From Candidatus Woesearchaeota archaeon (GTDB taxonomy: Archaea > Nanobdellota > Nanobdellia > Woesearchaeales > GW2011-AR9), in the NCBI GenBank assembly GCA_018221085.1, contig JAAOXZ010000079.1:1-37343 (forward strand): a stretch of 37,343 nt of DNA. Direction: 5' to 3'. Both the position numbers and the translations under genes were made by a program. A model generated the notes under the pieces. It was not told where the DNA came from. It worked only from the letters and a program-made list of their open reading frames with translations, and did no database searches. How positions within the stretch are numbered: position 1 is the first letter of the stretch; each line of letters opens with the position of its first letter. Shown in pieces: positions 1-7,949 of the stretch.

Positions 1-125
1 CCTACTCCTTCGTTAGGATTAATGGTAGTAAAGGGATAATTAGCTATTTCTACTTCTGCTAACGTAGCCGCCTTAAAAAAAGTACTTTTCCCCGCTGAAG
101 GTTTCCCCACTAATCCAATTAACAT
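1..125 (-). CDS. ychF: YchF/OLA1-family translation-associated GTPase/ATPase, 5' part (runs off the window)
   Basis: Manual minus-strand translation from ATG at 125: [41 protein letters not shown]. Contains the G1 P-loop and the NYPFTT G2 motif. Not in the ORF track. Confidence 0.9.
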   Translation of the reverse strand, partial: MLIGLVGKPSAGKSTFFKAATLAEVEIANYPFTTINPNEGV

Positions 126-264
126 ATATTAAGAGGAATTAGGTTTCCAATCTAATTCATTGTGTATATACCAAAATCCTTGGATTTCCATTTGAAATCC
201 GATGATTTTCAGTATAATTTAAATCCAAAGAAGTACGTATTTATAAAAGTTAGTTACTTCTTCT

Positions 265-1503
265 TTAATTACGACGAATGTTTCCCCGATAGGGGTTTCC
301 ATTTCCGTTGGGTCTTCTGTTCCCCTGACGTTCTCTTGAGAAAGGTCTTCGTCTTCCTCTAGACCGGTCTTCTACTCGCACCGTTTCTACCCTTTTCAAG
401 TAAGGAGCTTCCACATTTTTCACATCAAACTCTCGATAGGTGTTCAAAATTCGAGAAAAGTTATCATAATCACGCTCACTTAGGAAGTTAACTACTTTTC
501 CTTCTTCTCCAGCTCGAGCAGTCCGACCAATTCGGTGGACATAATCCGTGGAGTCGTTAGGTAGTTCATAATTATAGATATGTGAAACATTATCTATGTG
601 CAATCCTCGTGCGGCTACATCAGTACAAACTAGTACTCCTGCTTTAGCATCGTTAAATGAATTGATGGTTCTAGTTCTTTTGTTTTGTGATAAACCGCCA
701 TGGATAGCAATAGCATCAATTTTGTTCACTTTCAAATTCTTGTAAACAAAATCAGTAGTTCTCCGAGTGTTACAGAAAATCATTGCCAATCCAGAAGTTT
801 CATGCTGCAATAAATGAATTAACAAAGATAATTTCAGATTTCTGGGAACATCGTAGTAGATTTGTTTCAATTTACTAGGATCTACCTGAGTTTTAGCTGA
901 AACTTCCACTGAGTTAGTCATATAAGCATCTGATAAATCTTTAATGTGGGCGGAAATAGTAGCCGAAAAGAATAACGTTTGCCTTTTAGCGGGGCAATTT
1001 TGTATAATCTGTTCTACATCTTCTATAAAACCCATATCAAACATTCGATCTGCTTCGTCTAAAACCAGTACTTTAACGTTTGAAAGATTAATAGTTCCTC
1101 TGCTCAAATGGTCTAATAGTCTACCAGGGGTAGCAACCACTACTTCTGTTTTACGTAAATCATAAATTTGTCTATTAATAGAAACTCCCCCATAAATAGA
1201 TAAAACCTTCAGTTTTCTCTGTGCTAATTCCACTAAAGAACCCTTGACTTGTTCTGCTAATTCTCGAGTTGGAGTTAGTACTAATGCTTGTACTCCTTTT
1301 CCCGGATTAACTTGGTTAACAATACCACAACCAAAAGCTAATGTTTTCCCAGAACCAGTTGCCGATTCTCCGATAACATCTTTACCTTCCATAATTGAAG
1401 GAATAGATAACTCTTGAATTTGAGTGGGTTTTGTAAATTTTAATTTTGTAATTGTTTCTAACAATTGTTGGCTTAAGCCTAATTTTTCAAATAAATTATT
1501 CAT
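265..1503 (-). CDS. DEAD-box RNA helicase
   Basis: Q motif, ATGSGKT, PTRELA, TPGR, DEAD, SAT, ARGL and HRIGRTAR motifs; basic Arg-rich C-terminal tail. Confidence 0.97.
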   Translation of the reverse strand: MNNLFEKLGLSQQLLETITKLKFTKPTQIQELSIPSIMEGKDVIGESATGSGKTLAFGCGIVNQVNPGKGVQALVLTPTRELAEQVKGSLVELAQRKLKVLSIYGGVSINRQIYDLRKTEVVVATPGRLLDHLSRGTINLSNVKVLVLDEADRMFDMGFIEDVEQIIQNCPAKRQTLFFSATISAHIKDLSDAYMTNSVEVSAKTQVDPSKLKQIYYDVPRNLKLSLLIHLLQHETSGLAMIFCNTRRTTDFVYKNLKVNKIDAIAIHGGLSQNKRTRTINSFNDAKAGVLVCTDVAARGLHIDNVSHIYNYELPNDSTDYVHRIGRTARAGEEGKVVNFLSERDYDNFSRILNTYREFDVKNVEAPYLKRVETVRVEDRSRGRRRPFSRERQGNRRPNGNGNPYRGNIRRN

Positions 1504-1687
1504 TTTTTATATACCTCGTATATTAAGCACTTCTATTAGAAAAAGCGAAATGTTGTCCAAGTGCCTTCTCTCATCATTGCTCTCGTTATCCTGATTGATT
1601 TCCGCTACTTTATAAACCTTTCGTTTATTACTACTTTTGGGAGACAATGACAAAAGATTTAAAAATGAACTTGTTTTTATAACATAA

Positions 1688-1915
1688 ATGAAAATCAACA
1701 ATGATTATCGTTCCGGTTTATCTGAAGAAAACAGAGTTTTGTATGATCGTGTTTTTCGGGTTGCTAGGGTAGGATATTCTCAATCAGGACAAACTGGGGC
1801 CGTAGATGCTGTGGTTATGGTGACAAACTCTAGTAATTGGGATAGTCCAGTGGTATTAAAGGCTCTTAAAGATGCCAACCCTCAAGGAACCATAGATGAT
1901 CTATTAAAAAAATAA
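1688..1915 (+). CDS. small hypothetical protein
   Basis: 75-aa ORF filling the intergenic space, preceded by a BRE/TATA-like AAAAGATTTAAAAA. Confidence 0.6.
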   Translation: MKINNDYRSGLSEENRVLYDRVFRVARVGYSQSGQTGAVDAVVMVTNSSNWDSPVVLKALKDANPQGTIDDLLKK

Positions 1916-1959
1916 CTTCTTTTAACAACTTTTATAATCCCCAACAAAATTTCTATCTG

Positions 1960-2661
1960 ATGCTTAAAATACAACTACATATCCATAGTAAAGAAGATCC
2001 CCGCGATACTCTTTCTTGTACTGCCAAAGATTTAATTGATGAAGCCGTAGAACAGAAATTTGATGTTATGGCCTTTACTTGCCATAATAAAGTTATCCAC
2101 ACCCCAGAATTGGAACAATATGCTAAAAGTAAAAATATTCTTTTAATTTCTGGAGTAGAAAGAAATATTGAAAGAAAAGAAGTTTTATTATACAATATTA
2201 CTGAAGAAGAATCCCAATCTTTAACCACCTTCCAAGAATTAATCGATTTCAAAAAGAAGCAACAACAACAGAATAAACCTTTTTTAGTCATCGCTCCTCA
2301 TCCGTTTTACTTTGGTCCGCCGTGTTTGAAAAAAAAAGTCATTGAATATTTAGACCTATTTGATGCCTGGGAGTATTCTTTTTTTCACACTAAATGGATT
2401 AACCCCAATAAAAAAATGGCGGAATTGGCTCAAGAACACCACAAACCAGTTATTGGTAATTCTGATGTCCATAAAGCCCACACTTTAGAAAGAACTTACT
2501 CTTTACTGGATTCAGAAAAGAATATTCCGGCTATTTTTCAAGCCATTAAAGATGATAAAATAGAGATTAAAACCACTCCCCTTTCTTTTATTTCTTTTGC
2601 TAAACTATTTGTAGTGGTATCAATTACCATAATTAAACGCTGGCTCAAAAAAGAATATTAA
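1960..2661 (+). CDS. PHP-domain metal-dependent phosphoesterase
   Basis: LHIHS, TCHN, GVE, APHP and GNSDVH motifs of the PHP family. Confidence 0.9.
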   Translation: MLKIQLHIHSKEDPRDTLSCTAKDLIDEAVEQKFDVMAFTCHNKVIHTPELEQYAKSKNILLISGVERNIERKEVLLYNITEEESQSLTTFQELIDFKKKQQQQNKPFLVIAPHPFYFGPPCLKKKVIEYLDLFDAWEYSFFHTKWINPNKKMAELAQEHHKPVIGNSDVHKAHTLERTYSLLDSEKNIPAIFQAIKDDKIEIKTTPLSFISFAKLFVVVSITIIKRWLKKEY

Positions 2662-2723
2662 ACGTTGCGGAATTCTTGAATACCCACAACTCTTTTAAAA
2701 CTCACTCTTATTTCAACAAAAAC

Positions 2724-3161
2724 ATGGAACACAAAAAACCATATACCAAACCAAGAATAGAAACTCCTCAACTCTTTACATTGACTGCGTCACAAAGTGA
2801 ATTAGCTAACATTGAATATTGTGCCTTTTTAGTTGGAGCCAAAACCGTCGGTCGCACAACTAGGCATAAACTGGGTAGCACGGATTACAAAACAACATTT
2901 CCTATCCACCTTATTGATTTTACATCTCACCTTTGTGGAGGATTTGAGGAGTCATTAGAGGATCCAACTGAAATCTTACCTGATAATGCTGCTGAAATAA
3001 CAGATGGGACATTTAAAGGTATTGAAGTATATATTATTGGTGATAAGAGAACAACAATGGAACAATATTACCATCTACGTCAGTTAATCCCCTTTGAAAT
3101 AAAAATGTTTCCTCGTCCTTTATTTACAAACGAATTACGTGAATTATGTGATTGTCTATAA
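2724..3161 (+). CDS. hypothetical protein
   Basis: ORF track starts at 2676 (TTG); ATG at 2724, downstream of a TATA-like TTTTAAAA, is the likelier start. No recognisable motif. Confidence 0.65.
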   Translation: MEHKKPYTKPRIETPQLFTLTASQSELANIEYCAFLVGAKTVGRTTRHKLGSTDYKTTFPIHLIDFTSHLCGGFEESLEDPTEILPDNAAEITDGTFKGIEVYIIGDKRTTMEQYYHLRQLIPFEIKMFPRPLFTNELRELCDCL

Positions 3162-3214
3162 CTGCTTAATTGCAAACCTAAAAGTTTATAAATTTCTGTC
3201 CTTTTATTTTAATC

Positions 3215-3832
3215 ATGCCTGCTATAGCAACTAAAGGAAAAAGAGTCCAAGTAGCTACTTATCGCGTTAAATACAAAGACGTTTTTGACATGAAAAAATT
3301 CTACGAAGATCTTCACGATTGGTTAGCTGAAAAAGGGTGGGCAGATTTAGCAGATCCCGGTAGCGACCATTATGAAACTTTTTACTTAGAACAAGTTAAT
3401 CCCGGAGGCTCTAAAGTAATAACTATCAAATGGCGTCCACAAAAAATACCGGAAAAAAATTCTTATTACCGTTATTGGATGGATGTCAATATTGTTTGTA
3501 TCGGATTGGTAAACGTAGATGTAGTTAAAGACGGCGTAAAGTTAAAAGTTAACAAAGGAGAAATGGAAATCACCATCACTGCTTATATGGATCTTGATTA
3601 TCGAGGAGAATGGTCTTCTCATCCCATTCTGAAATTTTTTAACAAAATGTTCCCCGACAGAATTTTCAATAAAGAGCTTTTTGGTGGACATCGAGATGAA
3701 CTTTACCGAGAATCGTATGAGTTACAAACCTTCATCAAGCAATGGTTCAAACTAAAAACATTCGCTCCTTATGCTGATAAAACCTCCTTTTACCCTTCTC
3801 ACGCCTGGCCCAGCCACTTAAAAGAGGAATAA
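3215..3832 (+). CDS. conserved hypothetical protein (DPANN-type)
   Basis: 205-aa ORF after TTTATAAA. The aromatic pattern (FD..FY..LHDW, V.VVKDG.K.KVNKG, DY..EW) resembles a recurrent DPANN hypothetical family (from recollection, unverified). Confidence 0.75.
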   Translation: MPAIATKGKRVQVATYRVKYKDVFDMKKFYEDLHDWLAEKGWADLADPGSDHYETFYLEQVNPGGSKVITIKWRPQKIPEKNSYYRYWMDVNIVCIGLVNVDVVKDGVKLKVNKGEMEITITAYMDLDYRGEWSSHPILKFFNKMFPDRIFNKELFGGHRDELYRESYELQTFIKQWFKLKTFAPYADKTSFYPSHAWPSHLKEE

Positions 3833-3844
3833 AGGTATTCAACT

Positions 3845-4351
3845 ATGACTACTAAAGTAATCTTACCTCCAAATTATCTTGAAAATATTAATGGCAGGTT
3901 AATATTCTTAGCTGGACCCATACAAGGAGCTTACAATTGGCAAGAACAAGCAATTGAAACTCTACAAACTCTCGCTCCAGAATTATATGTTGCTTCTCCA
4001 AGAAGAAGAGAAATAATTAAGAAAGGAGAATTCACTATTGATATGTATAATGAGCAAGTTGATTGGGAAACATATCACTTAAGAAAAGCAGGAGAAAATG
4101 GGGCCATACTATTTTGGCTCACCAAAGAATCTGAACATATTTGTCGAAGAGCTTATGCACAAACTTCTAGATTTGAATTAGCGGAATGGAAAATAAGGCA
4201 CGAAAGAGATGGTTCAAATTTGGTTGTGGGTATTGAAGAAGGTTTTTCCGGAGCTAAATATATTCAAAGAAGATTATCTCAAGATTGTCCTGATGTCCCT
4301 ATTTGTTCTACGTTAGAAGAAACATGCAAAACAGCTATTTTAATTAGTTAA
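3845..4351 (+). CDS. nucleoside 2-deoxyribosyltransferase-like protein
   Basis: IFLAGPIQGA.NWQ, SPRR, QVDWE and TSRFELAEW motifs. Confidence 0.85.
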   Translation: MTTKVILPPNYLENINGRLIFLAGPIQGAYNWQEQAIETLQTLAPELYVASPRRREIIKKGEFTIDMYNEQVDWETYHLRKAGENGAILFWLTKESEHICRRAYAQTSRFELAEWKIRHERDGSNLVVGIEEGFSGAKYIQRRLSQDCPDVPICSTLEETCKTAILIS

Positions 4352-4398
4352 TTTAAACAGAAAAATTAATAAAGAAAATTCCTAATTCACTTCTTTAC

Positions 4399-4487
4399 GC
4401 CCCTGTAGCATAGTAGCTATTGCGGCAGACTTGTAATTAACAAATCAAGCAATCTGCAGGTCGAGGGTGCAAGTCCCTCCAGGGGCT
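4399..4487 (+). tRNA. tRNA-Thr(TGT) with a 16-nt intron (4436-4451) at position 37/38
   Basis: Acceptor GCCCCTG/CAGGGGC, anticodon stem GCAGA/TCTGC, T stem GAGGG/CCCTC. Intron CAAG pairs with exon CTTG between 3-nt bulges (BHB-like). No encoded CCA. Confidence 0.93.
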
Positions 4488-4495
4488 GTTTCTTT

Positions 4496-4954
4496 TTAAA
4501 GAAATTTGGGTCGAAGGTATAATTCACAGAGACCCTCAAAGAGTTTTTGAGTGGCCACGTCATCAACTGGGTTTATAACAACTACCAGATAAGACGGGTG
4601 TGCTTTGGCTGCGGTCTGTTCCCCTCTCTGCTTTTCAACAAATTCAAAATGGTGATTGTTTTGGCCCCTACTTGCCGTTTCATCCGGAGGCAGATACATA
4701 TTTAAGTCATATTCTTGAGAAATTTTTTGTGCAGCTCTTACTTTCTTCTCTGATAATCCTTGTTCTCCGCCAACGGAGTACCATCCAGCATCATCCTGCG
4801 GTGGAACAGCGAATGTTAACTCATTATCTTCAATAGCCATAAATTTGAATCCATTTTCAGAAAATCCACTTTCTCTTAAAAATGCAGATAAAACTAAATC
4901 ACTTAACTCTCCCAGAGATTCTTTTGCTTTCATTACTTGTTGGATCAATTTCAT
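4496..4954 (-). CDS. hypothetical protein
   Basis: 152-aa ORF with an upstream TATA-like element near 4978-4985. Confidence 0.7.
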   Translation of the reverse strand: MKLIQQVMKAKESLGELSDLVLSAFLRESGFSENGFKFMAIEDNELTFAVPPQDDAGWYSVGGEQGLSEKKVRAAQKISQEYDLNMYLPPDETASRGQNNHHFEFVEKQRGEQTAAKAHPSYLVVVINPVDDVATQKLFEGLCELYLRPKFL

Positions 4955-5060
4955 GTTTTTATCATTATTAGGGGAGTTATATAAAGGTTTTGGTAGACTT
5001 AATATTGGGAGTTATAATCAAAACCATTATAAATGGGAATTATTATTAGCTTAACATCAT

Positions 5061-5083
5061 ATTAACGAGGTAAAAATAAAATG
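5061..5083 (+). repeat. 23-nt direct repeat, copy 1 (ATTAACGAGGTAAAAATAAAATG; RBS plus start codon)
   Basis: Identical to 5480-5502. Confidence 0.9.
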
Positions 5084-5479
5084 ACTTTAGAACAGGATAT
5101 TGAAGAAATAAAAAGGAAAGTAGGAAACTTAAGTAATAAAGACCACACTACAGAGAGAACCGGATTATATATTTTAGTTGCTACTGCTGCACTATTCTCA
5201 TACGGAGCGCAACAGACTAGTGACACGAATTATGATGCCCTTAAAGCCATGAAATTACAAATCGAAGCTATGAAACCACAGGTTCAAGTTGAAAATGTTA
5301 TTGGTTATGACGCACCAGAAAAGTTTTATGAGATTGATGGGCAAAGAGTTTACTTAGAGATTGATGGAAAGCCCGTTGGACAGTATGTCAAAGAAATAAA
5401 AACTGAGCAACCTATTGGCAAATTACCCGTAGAAAAACAAGATGCTCCTATTCGTGGAAGAGCAGAACGTTTAAGATAA
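5081..5479 (+). CDS. hypothetical single-TM protein
   Basis: GAGGT RBS; hydrophobic segment LYILVATAALFSYG; C-terminal NVIG..PEKFYEIDG.RVYLEIDGKP module. Confidence 0.8.
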   Translation: MTLEQDIEEIKRKVGNLSNKDHTTERTGLYILVATAALFSYGAQQTSDTNYDALKAMKLQIEAMKPQVQVENVIGYDAPEKFYEIDGQRVYLEIDGKPVGQYVKEIKTEQPIGKLPVEKQDAPIRGRAERLR

Positions 5480-5502
5480 ATTAACGAGGTAAAAATAAAA
5501 TG
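5480..5502 (+). repeat. 23-nt direct repeat, copy 2
   Basis: Identical to 5061-5083. Confidence 0.9.
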
Positions 5503-5757
5503 GATTATTCACAAAAAAGAGATGTAGTGGTATTGGGACTGGGAACTATGCTTGGTTTTGGTTTTGGTATAAACATTGGAGTTGTTATCCCCTATATAGA
5601 AGAGATTATTGTTCCTAATAACCTAGAACTTACCTGCCAAGAATTAAGTGAAAATAGTAAAGAAGTTAAAATTGACGGCACCCCCTACACATTAAAATGT
5701 GATGAGCAAGGTAGGCCCAGACTTTATGAAACTAAACCAGCAGAAAAACAAGAGTAA
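5500..5757 (+). CDS. small membrane-anchored hypothetical protein, paralog of 28264-28596
   Basis: N-terminal TM segment; LELTC..IDGTPY..KCD.QGRP domain. Confidence 0.8.
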   Translation: MDYSQKRDVVVLGLGTMLGFGFGINIGVVIPYIEEIIVPNNLELTCQELSENSKEVKIDGTPYTLKCDEQGRPRLYETKPAEKQE

Positions 5758-5782
5758 CAAATAAAATTCGAGGAATAATAAA

Positions 5783-6148
5783 ATGACAGATAATTTAACA
5801 CCAATTGTACTCGCCAATAAGACGATTGGCTACAAAAACGAAACATTGCCACCTAATTTTAAGTATGATTTAATTTTCACGGTAAAAGTTAAACCAGGAG
5901 TTGAAATAGACGGAGAGTTAGTAGCAAGAGTTAATCAAATATGTCCCTCGCAATTTTTATTTGCAAAAGGCATGATCCTGGGATCCACATTACAAGGTTC
6001 TTATGAAACTGGTTTTGGCGTTAAATTAGAAAACAATACCGAAGGCAATTGGCAAGGTAATGCTGCGAAAGTTCCAACTGAGCTTGATGACATAGTAGAT
6101 CAAATTTATGTCGCTGACGGACCAGTAAAACGTCCAGAAAATTACTAG
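5783..6148 (+). CDS. hypothetical protein
   Basis: GAGGA RBS; 121-aa ORF in the co-oriented cluster. Confidence 0.75.
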   Translation: MTDNLTPIVLANKTIGYKNETLPPNFKYDLIFTVKVKPGVEIDGELVARVNQICPSQFLFAKGMILGSTLQGSYETGFGVKLENNTEGNWQGNAAKVPTELDDIVDQIYVADGPVKRPENY

Positions 6149-6165
6149 AGGTAAAGAAATTAAAA

Positions 6166-6855
6166 ATGGAAAAACTATATGAAGAATGTCAACGGATAGA
6201 AGCCGAAGCGGATGCTGATATTGAAGGTTTTAATAGAGTTCTTGAAGACCTTGAAGCAGTAGATGGTCTTGATATTGCTTTGTTAGAAGATGAAGGCGTA
6301 CCTGATTTCTTTGCTGCAGATTTTGGAACCTCTGAAAACGATGGACAAGATAGACCAAAGAAACCAGTTCTATATAGTATTATCTACAACATTGAAAAAA
6401 CAGTAAAAGAATTTGTTTTTGCCTTACCAGTAGCTCTACACTATCTCGGCATATATAGGGCATCTGATTATGCCTTAAATAACACTCCTCATCGCTCTCC
6501 AAATAAAATAAAAAAAACCTTAGGCTCAATTGTATTGGCTGGAACTATGGCTTTAGGTATGTACTCTGTCCAAGATACTAAAACTCAAAATGATGAAAAT
6601 GCGGTTGCTCATGCCGAAGGAGAATATGCTGCCGCACAAATTAAGAAAAAATCTATTGAAATTCTAGCTGAAGCTGACGCTGAAAAGTACAAAATCCTAG
6701 AAAAAGCTCTTAATCCTAAAACTCCTGCAGAAAGAAAAGAAGTTAGACAATTATTCAATAATTTAGTAAAATATATTGATCTTAGAGAAAGATCTGGAGA
6801 TGTAGTTTGGATGCTTGATGGAGAAAAACCAATTTCTACTTATCGACCTAAATAA
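6166..6855 (+). CDS. hypothetical membrane protein sharing an N-terminal module with 11610-12596
   Basis: GAGGT RBS; LYEECQRIEAEADA N-terminus; internal hydrophobic segments. Confidence 0.8.
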   Translation: MEKLYEECQRIEAEADADIEGFNRVLEDLEAVDGLDIALLEDEGVPDFFAADFGTSENDGQDRPKKPVLYSIIYNIEKTVKEFVFALPVALHYLGIYRASDYALNNTPHRSPNKIKKTLGSIVLAGTMALGMYSVQDTKTQNDENAVAHAEGEYAAAQIKKKSIEILAEADAEKYKILEKALNPKTPAERKEVRQLFNNLVKYIDLRERSGDVVWMLDGEKPISTYRPK

Positions 6856-6897
6856 AACAAAACCTTTTACCATGACTTTTGACGAAGAGAAATTAAA

Positions 6898-7209
6898 ATG
6901 ACCACTAATTATGAAATGTTATTGCTTGGCGACCTTGTCCATAATGTATGTGAACAAGGGGGTATGTTAAACCATGTAGATCTTAGACCTTTAGCAGAAG
7001 AACTGGGTTTAGATTTAGATGAAATAATGCAAGAAATTATTCATATCTGCGATACTCAAAATTATAACGTTGGTTGCCATATGCATTGCACCAGAGTGAA
7101 TGTTATTCCCAAATACCAAAAAACAGGAGAGTTAGTTTTAAACAAGGACCACACCGAAGGATTGCTAAAAATCTTAGCTGTACACAAAGGAATCAGAAAA
7201 GATTACTAA
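6898..7209 (+). CDS. hypothetical protein (Cys/His-containing)
   Basis: 103-aa ORF, last of the co-oriented cluster. Confidence 0.7.
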   Translation: MTTNYEMLLLGDLVHNVCEQGGMLNHVDLRPLAEELGLDLDEIMQEIIHICDTQNYNVGCHMHCTRVNVIPKYQKTGELVLNKDHTEGLLKILAVHKGIRKDY

Positions 7210-7289
7210 ACAAAACCAAAAACTTTAAAAGTATCCTCATGTTTACCATCAAAATAGATGATAGATGGAAAGTATTCTAGGTATATAAT

Positions 7290-7919
7290 ATGGAAGAACA
7301 ATTAAAAACAGGAACTACTACGGTTGGAATTGTCTGTAAAGATGGAGTTATCCTCGCTGCAGATAAAAGAGCTACTGCTGGTACTATGATAGTGGACAAA
7401 AGAGCAGAAAAAGTTCACTTAATTTCAGATGATGTTGCCGTAACTATTGCTGGAACTGTCTCCGATGCCCAATTATTAATCAAACTTATTCGAGCAGAAT
7501 TAAAATTAAAAGAAGTTAGAACTAGTAAAAGACCAACTATGAAAGAATCTGCTAATCTCTTAGGTGGATTGTTATACTCTAGTATCCGAAGAATGAGTAT
7601 GATTCCCGGTATTGCCCACTTTTTGATGGGAGGAAAAGACTATTTAGGTACGCATTTATATGATTTATTCCCCGATGGCAGTGTCACCAAAGTCAGAGAT
7701 TTTATTTCTTCCGGTTCCGGTTCAGTTTTCGCTTACGGAGTTTTAGAAAGTCATTACACTCCCGAAATAACTCTCGAAGAAGGAATACCTTTAGTTGTTA
7801 AAGCCGTAAATACTGCCTTACAAAGAGATTCTGCTTCTGGAAATGGTATTGATGTAGTTACCATCACCAATAAAGAAATTAAACTAGCACTACACAAAGA
7901 AGTCAATGTTCAATTATAA
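7290..7919 (+). CDS. psmB: proteasome subunit beta
   Basis: Short propeptide then TGTTTVG (catalytic Thr), AADKRAT, GSGS and RDSASG. Confidence 0.97.
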   Translation: MEEQLKTGTTTVGIVCKDGVILAADKRATAGTMIVDKRAEKVHLISDDVAVTIAGTVSDAQLLIKLIRAELKLKEVRTSKRPTMKESANLLGGLLYSSIRRMSMIPGIAHFLMGGKDYLGTHLYDLFPDGSVTKVRDFISSGSGSVFAYGVLESHYTPEITLEEGIPLVVKAVNTALQRDSASGNGIDVVTITNKEIKLALHKEVNVQL

Positions 7920-7949
7920 ATGAACGTTTAGTTTTCAAACACTATTAAA

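Noticed and set aside
4467..4474. Non-canonical T loop TGCAAGT in tRNA-Thr
   Set aside because: All stems are intact; a single T-loop variant is not evidence of a pseudogene
5061..5502. CRISPR interpretation of the short direct repeats (also 29428-31802)
   Set aside because: Only 2-3 copies separated by whole genes; no regular spacers and no cas genes
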